From Spongospora subterranea f. sp. subterranea (Eukaryota): DNA of 64,000 nt. Positions 40,791 through 53,851 of the stretch are shown one piece after another. The DNA lies in the NCBI GenBank assembly GCA_049724395.1, contig JAUGWO010000135.1:1-64000 (forward strand). The letters run 5' to 3'. Under the pieces are notes generated by a model. The model was given only the letters and a program-made list of their open reading frames with translations, had not been told where the DNA came from and did not search any database. Positions within the stretch are counted from its first letter, which is position 1, and every line of letters begins with the position of its first letter. The position numbers were made by a program, and so were the translations under genes.

Positions 40791-41432
40791 CACGTCATCA
40801 ACGACAACACCCTCGAATGTCCAACTGTGATCGATCAGTGGTACCGATCTAATCCCGACCCCGCCCTGATTTTCGCCCTAACACCGCCTCGGTTGTTGCT
40901 CGGGTTTTGTGCCCATAACAGCGGGACGAATCGCGATCTGATTCGTCAACGGGCGTTGATCGACGTTTCAACACCGAGAGTGGGACACGAGCGAGTCGAC
41001 GATTACCGGATCCCACCGAAATCCTCATCAATATCACGATCGTGTATGACGGTGCGACCCACGATTTGATCCGTTTGACGTCAATGGGTGTCGATCGGCG
41101 ACCCGTTATCGTGGGAATCCTCTGTTCTGGGGTGTTGATTGCCCGATAATCGCCATCGCTAGGTCACCACGAAACCGACCCAAACCTCAAACGTGTCTTC
41201 CTGTGCTCCAAATCAACACATCACATTGAGAACCCCGTTGTAATCTCAGTGCTCGGAACAACTCATTCTACATTTTCGCTAATAAACAAACATGTGCAAG
41301 GATCACGGCCACAATCAGTCTGGTCGGGCAATCGACACAACGTGGAATAACGGCAATGAGATCCGACCGGTTCGGGGTCGCTGGGAGCGAATCAGGGTTT
41401 TCGCCCAAGATATTTCGGTGCTGTGGCGATAG

Positions 41433-44400
41433 ATGGAGGCAGCTAGGGCGGTGGCCGCCCGGGCCATCAAGAAGGCCAACGAGACGGAGCGCGAGACGCC
41501 CAGTCGCCTGATCTACGACGCCGTCAGCAAGGGCGAGCTCGAGCGCGTTCGCGAACTGATCGTCCGGTTCGCCAACGCCAACTACCAGGAGGTACTTACT
41601 CCTCGTGGTCGTCGCGTCGTCGTTCGCGGAGCTGACACAACCCGGTTCAGAGGCACCGGATCTCGTTGCGAACGCCAATCCATCAGGCGGCCGAGCTCGG
41701 GTTCCTCGATATCTGCAAGGTGCTGTGTGAGGAAGCCCAAGCCAGTATCAGCACGATCGACAAGGTGGAACACACACGACCAGGCGCGTCGTCGTTCACC
41801 CGATCTCTCGCTCTCTCATCTCTCTGACTCCCTTCCGACGATAGGACGGCAACACCCCATTTCATCTGGCCGCCGCCCGAGGGCACTTCGACATCGTCAA
41901 GTATTTCCAGCAGCGATACGATCCCGATCCGACGTTGCGGAATGCGGTAAGCGCGCGTCGTTGGCGTTAGCGAATCGCGAGACATTATTTCTGAAAACGG
42001 ATCCAGCGGAGCTATACGGCGTTCCATCTGGCCGCGTTCGGCGGGCACCTCGAGGTGCTGAAGTTCCTGGACGAAGACGCCGGCGTTGATCCGCACGCGG
42101 AGGACCAGTTCTGGAATACGGCGGCGCATCAGGCCGCATCCCGAGGGCATCTTCCCGTGTTGAAGTACCTGTGCTCGATGGCGAAACTCAACCCGGAGTC
42201 GCTCAACAGATGGAAAAGGTCAGAGATGGCCAAGGGAGATTCACCACATCGTCTCTAAATCCTTCGTCATCCGAATTCTGATCGAAAACTGAAATCCCAA
42301 TGTTCTTCGCTTATTCGTTTTTTTATTTTTTTGTTTATCTGGTGTTGATTTTCTTGAACATCACGAAATCGTGGTAGGATTCTGCAGCGAAAACAACGAA
42401 ACGATGGTGGTTTGTTTGTTCCCCTCGATTGATGACTGTGTTGGGCAGAACGCCATTACACCAGGCAGCGGCCCATGGCCACACCGATATCGCCCGATAC
42501 CTGATCAAGCAGTGCCATGTCGACCCAACCTGTTCCGGTCTGGACGGCTGTACGCCATTGCACCTGGCCGTCAGCAATGGCCATCTCGACCTCACCCAGT
42601 TCCTCGTCGAGTCGATCGGGGTCAGCCGAACCACCACCAACACGAACATCCCCCTCGTCAACAAAACGTCGTTTCCCTGATGCCGTTCGCTAGGTTCCAA
42701 CGAATCCCAAGAACGTCAATGGCGATACTCCGATCCATTGTGCTGCATTCTCTGGCCAGGCGAATATCTGCAGGTATCTGGTCGAGAAAGGCCATTGCCA
42801 GGTCAATTACAAGTAAGGGATAAGGAGACGCGTGTTGTGGTTCGCCCACGAACCCTGAGATATCGGATTCTAGGAACAAGAACGGGGATACGCCGATCAT
42901 CATCGCGGCGATATGGAATCAGCAGGAGGTGCTGCGATATCTGGTGGAAGAGGCGAAAGCGGATCCCTGTTTGCGGAACGAGGTCACCGATCCCGCTCTG
43001 TTGTTGTTAGGGGCGGGGCTGGAGCTGATCTTGATCATGTTCAGATGGGGTTCACGGCGATGCACATGGCCGCCCGGGAATGGAACCAGGAAGTCTGCGA
43101 ATACATCTGTAAAGTCGCACCGGAATGTGCTCGAATACGCGATAACGTCAGCAACGAATTCGGCGCCGTTTCTCGTTCCCCTTCTGACAAATGTGTTTCC
43201 CCCCGAAACAGAAAGGGTTAACCCCATTGATGGTCGTTCTGAACAAATGGGGACAGACCAAGGTCAACCGAATGTTCCTTCACAAGGTCGGGTTGACCTG
43301 GACGGGGGCCATGGCGCTATGTCCTGATCGCGGTGTCTGTGTTTCCAGGAAGGGTATTCGCCATTCCACGTGGCGTGCGAGAAAGGGTTCGAGGACATGG
43401 TCCGGTACCTGTTGATCTGCGCCAAGGATTATGGCGACCTGATCCACACACCCGGCGCCGTATGGTCCATTGCCCCATGTTCGCCCCGCCCGGTTGGCTC
43501 AATCATGTGCGTGTTTGCGCCGTCAGAATGGCGACACGCCGTTGATCGCCGTGATCGAACGGGACCACATCCGGCTGATCGAGCTGCTGCTGCAGAAGGG
43601 CGCCGACGTCAACTTCCGCTCGGCCAACGGGAACACGCCGCTGCTGACGGCGATCCGCGAACAGAATATGAACCTGGTCAAGGTCCTGATCGCCAGCGAC
43701 GCCAAAATCAACTACCCGACCGACGGCGATCACACCCCGTTGACCTTGGCGTGTTCGATCGGCAATATGGACTTCGTCAACCTATTGCTTAAGCAGGGCG
43801 CCCAGCTCGAGCTCCCCAATCGGGTTGGCCCGATCCTCGCCCGTGTCGCCGTACTGACGATCGTGCTGTGTTTGATCGGCAGAACGGGGAGACGCCGTTG
43901 GTAATGGCCTGTAAGATGAGGAACATGGACCTGATATTGGCGTTATTAGAATACGGATCGCAGATCAATTACCCAGTTCACGTCAGTATAATCATCACAT
44001 CTCCACACAATCACCAAACGCCACAACGGAAACAAACGCATTTCCTCCGTTGTTGTTGCCGTTGTCGTCGTTTTCGATCGCTGATCACGAAAACATTGGC
44101 CGTTCAGACCAAGTTCACCCCATTGATAGCGGCGTGTATGTTCGGGGAGGTCGAGATGGTGTCGTTATTGCTATCGAAGGGCGCCGTTATCGATATGCCC
44201 AATGTGGTAAGGGAACAATCGCCACCGATTTTCGCCTCCACCGACCCGCGCGATCAGAAACGGGGAACGCCCTTGGCGGCGGCGTCGAAACGGGGCCAGG
44301 CCGATATCGTCCGCCTGTTATTGAACCGAATGATGAACCAGAACCTTTCCGTTGACGTATCTGGTATTACTGGCCACACCCCCGTGATGAAAGCGGCATT

Positions 44401-47089
44401 GCATGGACACACCGACGTCGTCAGGTTCGGCCAAAATCCGATCGGATCCGATGGCGCGACTGACCGAGGTCGTTCAGAATGCTGGTCGATCAGGGCGCGT
44501 CGATCTACCTGCCGGACGGGAAAGGGAACACGCCCGGCGATCGAGGCGGCTAGACGGGAGCACGACCAGGTCCTGGAGTTCCTGGTCGGACAAGGGGCCG
44601 ATATCGATATGCCCGGGGAGAACGGCAGAACGGCCAACGAGTACGCCGAGCGGGTGCCGCGATTGCGCCGGGCGATGGAGAACGGCCTGGCCCGGTTCCG
44701 GGCCACGATCAGTGGACCAATCCAGTCCCTGCAACATCGCGGCTATCTGAACCAGTCCGATCCCGTTCAGGACGGGTTCTATTTCTCGTCGGAGGTCGTC
44801 CCCGTTCGCGGCACCGCCGACAACCTGAAATGGGGGAAGCTGTTGGACCCGCGTTGTTTCCCGATCGGCAGTTTGGATGGAATTATCATCGCGTTCGACA
44901 GCCGTCGCGACTCGTTATTGCGGTTCGAACGCGATGATTTCCACTGTCCAATGATTCAACTCAGATTCGGTTGTCGATTTGGATTTTCCCTCAGGGCGAT
45001 GATCGGGCGCGCACAGGACCTGATCCGGACGTTCCCGAACGCCAGGGCGCGCGCGTCGGCGCTGGCCATGCTCACGGCGAACGAATGCGGCGGGACTGCG
45101 ATCATGGCCAAGCGGGAGTTGGCCAGAACGCAGCAGGAACGGCAGCGATCCCGATCGGGTCGCGATATTCTCAACGTCGGCGACCTGTTGCCCGGATTCG
45201 GGATCTCGCGCCTCAGGAGCGTCGCCTTCAAATTCCTGCTGGGGAAGGTAAACGCGCGAGAAATCGGCGATCTCCTGGAACGATCGGGGAACACCAGATT
45301 TTGACGCTGGGATTCACGTTACATGGGCAGATGGCGACAGAAGGGGGTTACACTGTGGATTGCAGGGTGGTGTCGAGACCTAGCTCAGGAAGTGGGTATG
45401 ATCGGGTCGGCGACCCATGGCCGTCGTCGTTCACCTGGGCCGAGATCGCGTTCGATGGCGATGGGCCGTATTTCGTGGTGGACCTGATGCACGTCCCCGG
45501 GCGCCTGATGTTCGAAAACGGGCGCGACGCCGCCCGGTATCGATCCGGACTGGTCGATCACGATCAGGATCCGATCCCGCCCTTGGCTCATATCCAGCAG
45601 GTCAGTGGTCTTTCGACATGGGATCCGATCGCGACCGACAATCTGCACCATCAGGTGGCGGTTCGGGACGAGATCGTTCGCGTCGATAAGGAAGCGGCGA
45701 TCGCGGCGAAACCGGCGCGGAAGAAGGCGACCAAAGTTGGGAGACGGCGACGGAAGAGCAGTGTCGTGTTCGCCGGGAAGCTCAAGAGCCGACCGTCGAC
45801 GGATTCCGCCGCCTCCGTCTTGGAGAACATATCGGAGACCAGCGTCGAGCACAATGACGAACTCCATGGACATATCACCGCCGTTCAGGGACTCGAAAAA
45901 GTGAACGGATCAGATTCCGATAACGGTACGAAACGGGCGCTCGTTTGTGTCGTCGTGGAATTTGTGACGATGAGTTCCCGATCTTAGACGAGTTCGAGCC
46001 GGTGCTGAAACGCCACAGCGTCGGCGAGGATATCCCGCCGGGGATCGTTCAGCCCGAGACCATGGCCGCCCGGCTACAAGTCGAGGAGGAGGAGAACGCG
46101 CTGGCGATCGGTGGGCGCGTTGATCGCTGGGGGATCTATCAGCACGGGAACGTGGTCATGACGGCGTACCCGGTCCCAGTCTACTTCAACGCCTCGCAGA
46201 AGGAGACGGCCATGACCTGGTTCAAGGACGATATTCAGGTGGAATCACCATTCGTCGCCGTGTTGCGCCCCCCCGTTCTCATCCAGATGTCGATCAGGTT
46301 TACGAGACGCTACGACATCGCTGTATCGATCGGCCGATGGCGATCGACTATTCCACACGATCGATTGTGCGGAGACGCAATGACGACCTCATCCGCCTCG
46401 ACGAATACGTTCGCGATCGGCAGGCGAACTTGGGTAGGGGCTAACGGGATTCCTAAACACCATCGCCAAACGTTGGCGGTTTTCAGGCGCCGACGCCAAG
46501 CTGTCGATTGTGCTCCAAATCGCCGAGACGATGGAGTATCTTCACACATTGGCGGCGCCGATTGTCCATGGGCGGTTGAGGATCAAGGAGATCTTCATCT
46601 CGGGGTTAACGGAGGACGACGACGACCCGGCAGCCGCCGCCGCCTCTCAGCCCATCGTCCACTTCCTCGACGTCGGTCTCCCTCGCCGGGTCGACCCCAT
46701 CCTCAAACAGAACCCGCTCGATGGCGCCGCCGGTCTACTACCCGCCGGAACGGCTGGCGCTATCGGAGCCAGAAGGGGCAACGGGCGCCGATACATTGCC
46801 CGCCGACGTCTACGCGTTCGGGGTCGTGGCCGTGTTCGTGGCCAGCGGTGTCGTGCCCTGGGCCGATTTCCAGGTTCGCGACATCCAGGAGTTCTATCGG
46901 GAGAAGCGTTCCCCGACGCTGCCCGAAGACGACGCCGCCGGGCAGGTCCGTTCGTGGGCGCCCGTGATTCAGCAGATATTCGCCCACGATCCTGATGATC
47001 GCCCGTCATTCACTCAGGTCATTCGCCTGTTCCAGCAGCATGTTGGATCGGCGATCGCCCCAGCGCCGACCATTAAATCTTCAACATAA
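41433..47089 (+). CDS. Ankyrin repeats + EDR1/CTR1-like domain + TKL-type pseudokinase, multi-exon, with two apparent 1-nt frameshifts
   Basis: Many TPLH/TPL ankyrin exons (41433-44690); DGFY...AFDSRRD...GISRLRSVAFKFL...FVVDLMHVPGRL (EDR1-like); QIAETMEYLH..IVHGRL..DVG..YYPPE..ADVYAFG..DPDDRPSF. Confidence 0.82.
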
Positions 47090-47204
47090 AAACAATGATG
47101 GATTGATCAATATCGTGTGGGAGAATATGAAATCGGTCAATGAATCGAAGTTGTTGTGTATTTCGCGGAAGAAACGGGTTGTTCATGGTTGTCGAGATCA
47201 GATG

Positions 47205-48002
47205 TTAAACTACTCTACTTGCCAAAGCCGGAATTTTGTTGCGAACGGCGTCGATCGCCTCACAGTCAAAGTCGGCGGCGATGACGCCCTCGCCCAGCGC
47301 AAGTTCATCGATGATCTGACCCCAAGGGCCGACGATCATGGAATGGCCATGGGTTCGGCGTCCATTGGCATGTGTGCCGCCTTGGGCTGGGGCGATTACA
47401 TAGCACTGGTTCTCGATCGCACGTGCGCGAACCAAGACCTCCCAATGGGCCTGTCCGGTCTCGACGGTGAACGCCGACGGCGCTACGATGATCTTGAACT
47501 CACCCAACGACCGGAATAGCTCTGGGAACCGGAGGTCGTAGCAGATTGAGAGCGCGACACCGCCGATTGTTGGCAGGTCGGCTTTGACAAATCCGCGACC
47601 GGGTGCGATAGTTCTTGATTCATTGAGCGACTCGTTCGATCCGTGGAAAGTGAAAAGATGAACTTTGTGATAATGGGCGATTTCATTGCCATGTGGGTCG
47701 TAGACGAATGTCGTGTTGTGGACACGATCGGGGTTGGGCGACTCAGTGGGGATTGAACCACCGAACAGGAAAATCTGATGGGTTCGCGCCATCTCCGACA
47801 TGAACGCCCTGAACGAACTGGACTGTTTCGCCATGGCGACGTGAGCCAGCGGTTCATCGCTCCCAAAGGACACCCAGAACTCGGGCAATGCGATCAATGT
47901 GGAACCCAGCCCAACGGCATACCCGATCAGTCGGCGAACTGAATCCATGTTGGCGATGGGATCCGGCGACGACACCAGCTGGATGGCGCTACATTTAACC
48001 AT
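47205..48002 (-). CDS. NIT1: Carbon-nitrogen hydrolase, Nit1/deaminated glutathione amidase class, intronless
   Basis: Glu-Lys-Cys triad LPE / YHKVHLF / ICYDLRFPELFR; TGQAHWEVLVRARAIENQCYV; GHSMIVGPWG. Confidence 0.93.
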   Translation of the reverse strand: MVKCSAIQLVSSPDPIANMDSVRRLIGYAVGLGSTLIALPEFWVSFGSDEPLAHVAMAKQSSSFRAFMSEMARTHQIFLFGGSIPTESPNPDRVHNTTFVYDPHGNEIAHYHKVHLFTFHGSNESLNESRTIAPGRGFVKADLPTIGGVALSICYDLRFPELFRSLGEFKIIVAPSAFTVETGQAHWEVLVRARAIENQCYVIAPAQGGTHANGRRTHGHSMIVGPWGQIIDELALGEGVIAADFDCEAIDAVRNKIPALASRVV

Positions 48003-48284
48003 TGCTGTCTGAATGACCTGATGGCGCCACACGCGCAACACACTGTACCTGTGACATTGGTGCGTGACTGTATGAGGGGCAGTGCGTTGTGCCCCACCAC
48101 TGACAGGGGCTCTCCTCTGGGACTCCCCAGTGTACATTAACGAACTGCGAACTGCAACATGGAGAGATGGCAACTTTTGGGAACTGCAAAGGCGGAAATC
48201 GGTGATTGGCATTGGCTCACGTTGCTTTTTTTGTTTCAAATGAGAAACAATTGCCTGAATTTGTTCGCCCGTGATCGATTCTTG

Positions 48285-49914
48285 TCAATGAAAATGTGAT
48301 TGTAAAAATACAAGAATTATATGTACTGTAGACAGATTACAGAAACACCAAATATAGTGCCAGAACCGCACCCTGATATCCGATATCATTCCATAACGCA
48401 AGCAATCCAAGAAATGGACCAGTCCGTGACCGTACTGCCCGAGACTGAGGCAATGATCGGCGACGACCCCAAATATGGCGCCAAGCGTCCGACGGCATCG
48501 AGATTTCATCTACCACCGAGTTGACGAAACACATAAACCAGATCGAAGCAGCACAATCGCTGAAAACCGACGGCGGCCCCTCGAAGTGCACCCAGCGGGG
48601 TCTGCAATGAAGTGCCATATCAGACAGATACCTGCAATAACCATTTGTTCGAACGACCCGATGGATCCGCTTCGACGACCTATTGAGTTCGATTCGTTTA
48701 TCGATTACCCCCTCCTATGGTCGTATAGACGTTTTGTCCAGAGGATTGTGACTTCAACGAGATGGAAAGCGTCGATATGACGACAAGTAGGATAAAGCAA
48801 TGGTCGATGAAGAGTAATGTTGTTTTAAGACATCTGCACCTGCTCTGTCTGGCCAAACCGCATCAACTGGCTATCTAACATCCATCCTCAATGCCAAGTG
48901 CAGAAAAATAGTGTAATGGTCGGTAAGGTGAACAATATCTCCCTCCTGAGGTGGGTAGGTTTACCCACACGATGGATCACATCCCGGAGATGATGATTAA
49001 TTTCATCAACGTTATCGTGGGATATAATTTCCCCTGAAAATAACCTGTAGTAGTTAAACCAACCGCTACCTCAATCTGAGAGAGAAGAGCCCCACCGATA
49101 CCATTTCTCGATAGCCTATGAGGACTACAACGACGACCCTCAATCGAGATCAGTCACCACGAGCAGCATGATCATCGTGTCCTCCAAAAATAACTCCCCA
49201 TGTATATCGAGATTCTGCCATATTTGACGGACGCATTCTCCAACGCGGAGAAGTGGAAAACTGTGGATTCATATTCATTATGGATACTCTTATGAACGGC
49301 AATGTCCTAATTTCGCTTCGTCTGACCCGACAGAGCGGTGTCAAGGATCCTGAACAGGCTATCTAAATTACACGTCATCAATGACGAGCCTCGGTTGAAA
49401 CTCATTGATTGTTTGTCCGAAATACCAGATGCAGGGTGTATGATGGTAGCAGGTGATCGGGCGCATCGGGAACCACTAATCGAGACGTTCTTTCGTGATA
49501 CGGATCTACGTGCCACCGACGATGTAATATCAACGCTATCGTCGTTGGTCGTCCGCCTTACACGCGAGTTCGGTTGAACTGTTGTACTGCAACGCCGTTA
49601 TTGGCTCAGCATCTCACGTCTGTCCTCATTGTTCTAGTTCCCCTCGGTTCGTCCTTCCCTCTTGTTCCGAAAGTCTTGGTGATTACCTGATGACCCTGCC
49701 ATCGTATTACCTGCTAATATCATACGCTGGACCTGGGTATTCGGTCTTGATGACGTTTTGAGGCATTTCGGTACTCCTCCAGCGAAGGGTAAAGGATGAG
49801 GGACCACCACCTATGGGTATCACGGGTTGAATGTGCGGCCAGCATGGGTCCAACAAGCGCAATGTGGACACCGGCAGCAATAAGATTATCCCCAGAACGG
49901 GCGAGGCCTGTCAT
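48285..49914 (-). CDS. Probable multi-exon membrane protein (possibly CREST/PAQR-like)
   Basis: Hydrophobic exon pieces with FFCTWH, IDHCFILLVV and HGLVH; splicing unresolved. Confidence 0.35.
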
Positions 49915-50087
49915 TTAGAAAATAAAGCGCGGAGAAGAGGAATCGTCGAAACGCAGCTGAATCGACTGGTTTCATGGAATAGGAGGTCAGACTAGATATA
50001 GGTTCAAACAGCATAAAAGTGTTCCGTTATCGATGAAGCCAAAACTGGAGAAAGCCAAACAACTGAGCGAAATGGATTAAATAAAAT

Positions 50088-52640
50088 TTAGTTAGCTTTT
50101 AAAATGACTTGAGACAAGGCAATGATCAACCCATGCGACATTTGTACTCTCTCCTGGTCACTCAGGTTGTTCTGCTGAGAGTCCAATGATAAAACCCGCA
50201 AGATCGTGGATATATCCTGGGGAACAAGGTTAGCGGTTATAGCGGCGGCACCATCAGATGCTGTTATGATCTGCGCCGCCTGAAGAGCGATGAAAGTATC
50301 TACAAAAACCATTATTATGAATCATTCGTACGCGAACATTAGCGTGCGACCTAAGTTGCTGTTGTAGATGTCCCCACGATGAAGAAATACAACTGCTCGC
50401 GATAATTTCTGGATTGGATCTTCCTGGAAATCGAGTCAGCATAACAGGGAACTTATTTGAGAAACAATTGCCACTGACAATTGACACGACATGGACAGCA
50501 GCACACAAACTAAGCAAAGATGAGGAGGGATCAGGACAAGCAGCTATCATTTCTTGAAGCTGATACAGCGAAAGACTAAAAAAATGCTCTAGTAAACACA
50601 CTGCAGAACCAATGAATGCCACGACACGGCATACCTGATAAAACCGGTTCCTACCCAATCCTGTATAACCTTATTGATGATGGCGTTAGCAGCAATGGGG
50701 TGATTGCCACGCAGCGACCATAGGAAAGCGTTGCCTGGACACGACATAGCCAAGGATTTGGCGGACATCTACAAAGGTACGCGTCAGAAAGCGGGCATGG
50801 GCGGGAGATACAACAATATTGTACCTGAAGAGCAACAGAGTTGGCATGGTCTGGTGCCTGTAGCCTGTTGCAAAGGTCGATGGCCTTCTCCGCCATAAAC
50901 TCGTCAGTGACATGGCGATAGATTGACGGAATAATGAGCTCCCTCCCTGATTCACATACTAGTTGGTACATGCAAATCTATTAACGGACTGAGATACCAG
51001 TTGCATGGCAGGTGATGAGGTACGCTGGAGCTAACTCCCACAAGTTACTGTCTGAAATCAACGCTGAACCGTATTCAAACACCAGCGTAGCTCGTAAACA
51101 TTGCTTATTCGTTGGCTGAACACAACGTCTTACAGTTTGAAAACAAGTTGCTTACGTGGCCATACCAAATCCTGCATCGATTGCCCTCCAATCTGGAGAA
51201 CATCAGCCTGAGAAAAGCGAAATGAGCCAGAACGGGGGCGTGACATATGGTAGTTATACAAGATGTGCAGCAAGCCAAGAAGCACCAAGCTGTGACCTCA
51301 GGGCCATCAATGCGCATGGGATATCGTGAATCATAATACTGTAAATGGCATCATGATAAGAAACCTGTGCAAGCACAAATTGTGAGATTTGAGAATTTCG
51401 AGGAAAGCGATCCCAGCTTGGAAACGATTACTCGCTTGGAATAGTCCTCATTCTCTTCACAACATGCGGTCACTATATCTGCTAAATCCGCTTTATTCGC
51501 ATTTGGGCTCGACAGAAGCAAAAGGGCAATTACAGAGACAACCCAGTTTCCTGTCGCCACAAGAAAACATCAGAGAAAGTTTCAGATGGAACGACGAAAA
51601 TCAACAATACCAGAGGAACAGCGTTTTGATGACTCGATTATCGACGCAACATCTCCAGATAAAGATTTTGCAATCATGGAAAGTTCTAAGGACACACATC
51701 ATAAGTAGATGCATACGAATTCAGCAAGTACAAGCATCTACCTGGTGATGACCGGACCGATTGCTGATTCGCAAATTGAGTGCATTTATGACGAAACAAA
51801 TTGAACACTTCATCGAATTGCAGCGCCGTTAAACACTGGTTTTCCCTATCTACTTCCCGCGGTAAGAAGCGGAATAATGTAAACCCCGAAATACGAAACG
51901 TGAGTTACCCAGTAAAGGCAACGATTGCAGCAAGGACACCAACTGTGAGGCGATTGGATCGAATTCTGGGGCAGCTTCTTCGACAATGATGGATATTGCA
52001 TCAGATATATAACCATAGAGTATGTATCTGTAAAGAGAGAATGGATAGATTTTGAAAAGAGGATTCAGATTTTAAAATTTTCAACATACGTGTGAACTCT
52101 ATGCCATAATGACCCCAATGGCGCAGTCTTGAACGGTAGATTATGGAAATGAAACCAGTTCAGCATCTGACGAGCGATTGATTCATGAGGTAGTATGAAC
52201 ACGACTACGTTATGCAGTTAATTCGAGATGGATGAAGTCCGGAATAATCTTTGAGGAAGGTCTATACCATGTGCTAGCATCCACAAAGATTCGCAAACTC
52301 TTATCCTGGATTGTACTTGACTATTATTGCACAAGTCCCGAAAAGCCCCCATTTCAGCGATATAACGGCATGACGATTCCGTTAGAGCGTCTTGAAGTTC
52401 TCGCGACATGATCTTCTTATCGCCACGTCTGAATCTGTGAAGCGACTCAAATATAGGGTGCCAGACGTGTAATAACTGCAAAATCAGATTAGGAGGATCT
52501 TTCATATGAATAAACCGCATTTCTGAAATTACACAGGTGATCTGGTGAAGATCATGTGGCTCAATGACGTCAACGAGAACCCCTTCGTGATTTGCCAGAG
52601 CTAGATGAACGCTTGACCCGAACTGGGCGATTGTTGCCAT
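50088..52640 (-). CDS. NUP85: Nuclear pore complex protein Nup85, multi-exon
   Basis: WELAPAYLITC, AEKAIDLCNRL...AKSL...GNAFLWSLRG and the terminal LIIALSQVIL align with the remembered Nup85 C-terminal half. Confidence 0.75.
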
Positions 52641-53851
52641 TGGCGTGGCGATTTGGACCGCCTAAACGCCGTCCCTGGTGATGAACGGACGAACAACCGA
52701 ATGTGATATTGACTGGGGTCTCCCGTCGTCAATGTCTAGCACTATTTCGCGCCATCAGCCCAGTCCGTGATCACGCTTACAACTACACTTACAGGATTTC
52801 CTGACGCGCAACAGGTTCTGTCGACAAACAAAATAACGAAAGGCAAAGCCAAATGGCCCTGATTCCTAGTTTATGAGAAATAAAGATTCGAAGTTTGTCA
52901 TTTCCCCTGTTTGAAGTATTTTTGTCTCCAGATGAAAATATGGATTCCAGTATAGAATTGTCTATGTTTGTTATATTCAGGGGTTATTTTTCTGATGATT
53001 GCGAAAAAAGTTTCCATGGTTGAAGGAACGTGCATACTGAAATCTATTGGAGATCGCAACTTTCTGGAACAGAGTGCATGATTGAGCAGAACAGATGTTG
53101 ATTGGTTACAGAAACTGTAGTGGCAATTTCATCCAACCAGCTGCTTTCGATGAGGATCGCTTCCTCACTGCCCTCGTTCTCCAGTTGTGTCACCAAAGAT
53201 TTGTGTCGGTCGAACCAGACTTGAATTTGTGCTGATACCACCTAATTTGAATAGCTTCCATTATTACCATACGGAAATGCTGGAGCGTTCAGGAGATGCG
53301 ACATGAAAGGTTGCAACGAATACTCCAATAAGCAAAAAGCAGCAACCCAGAATATCAAAATCCAGAGTACCATCAAAAGGGTCGGAAAGCGGGCCAGTTG
53401 ATTAAATAATTTGAAAGCGGGATGAGTTCTGCCGCAAGCAGCATTTCGAAGATGAAGTTGAGAAATAATCGGCAGCGTGTGCATTGCTGTAGTCGCCAGT
53501 CAAGATAAGTGTTCGTTTTTGTAGTGAGTAGTGACCAATTGGGTGGCGCCGTCAATTGGGCAACCCGTGATACCAGCCTGGTGCAGTTTTAAGGATAACT
53601 AAAAAAAATGGGTACCTTCTCTCGCTCTCTCGTTGCTTTTCCCGCGCCCGTCCTACCCTGCCCTCAAGCTACGTCGTAGCACGCGGGAAAAGGAACGAGA
53701 AAGAGAGAAATTTGATTTATTATAAGGATCTTAAGAGCGTAGGAGTACAGTACTGTGGAAGCAGAGCGTTTCGATAGAAATCAAAACGAGTATCTCTTTG
53801 ATTTGCGGCTACAGCAATTCACACACTGAGCTCAGTGATCTTTTTCATGCG

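Noticed and set aside
41268..47519. Many long overlapping antisense and alternate-frame ORFs
   Set aside because: Expected shadows of GC-rich coding sequence.
53044..53555. Short minus-strand ORFs, possible gene or transposase relic
   Set aside because: No diagnostic motif; interrupted by stops.
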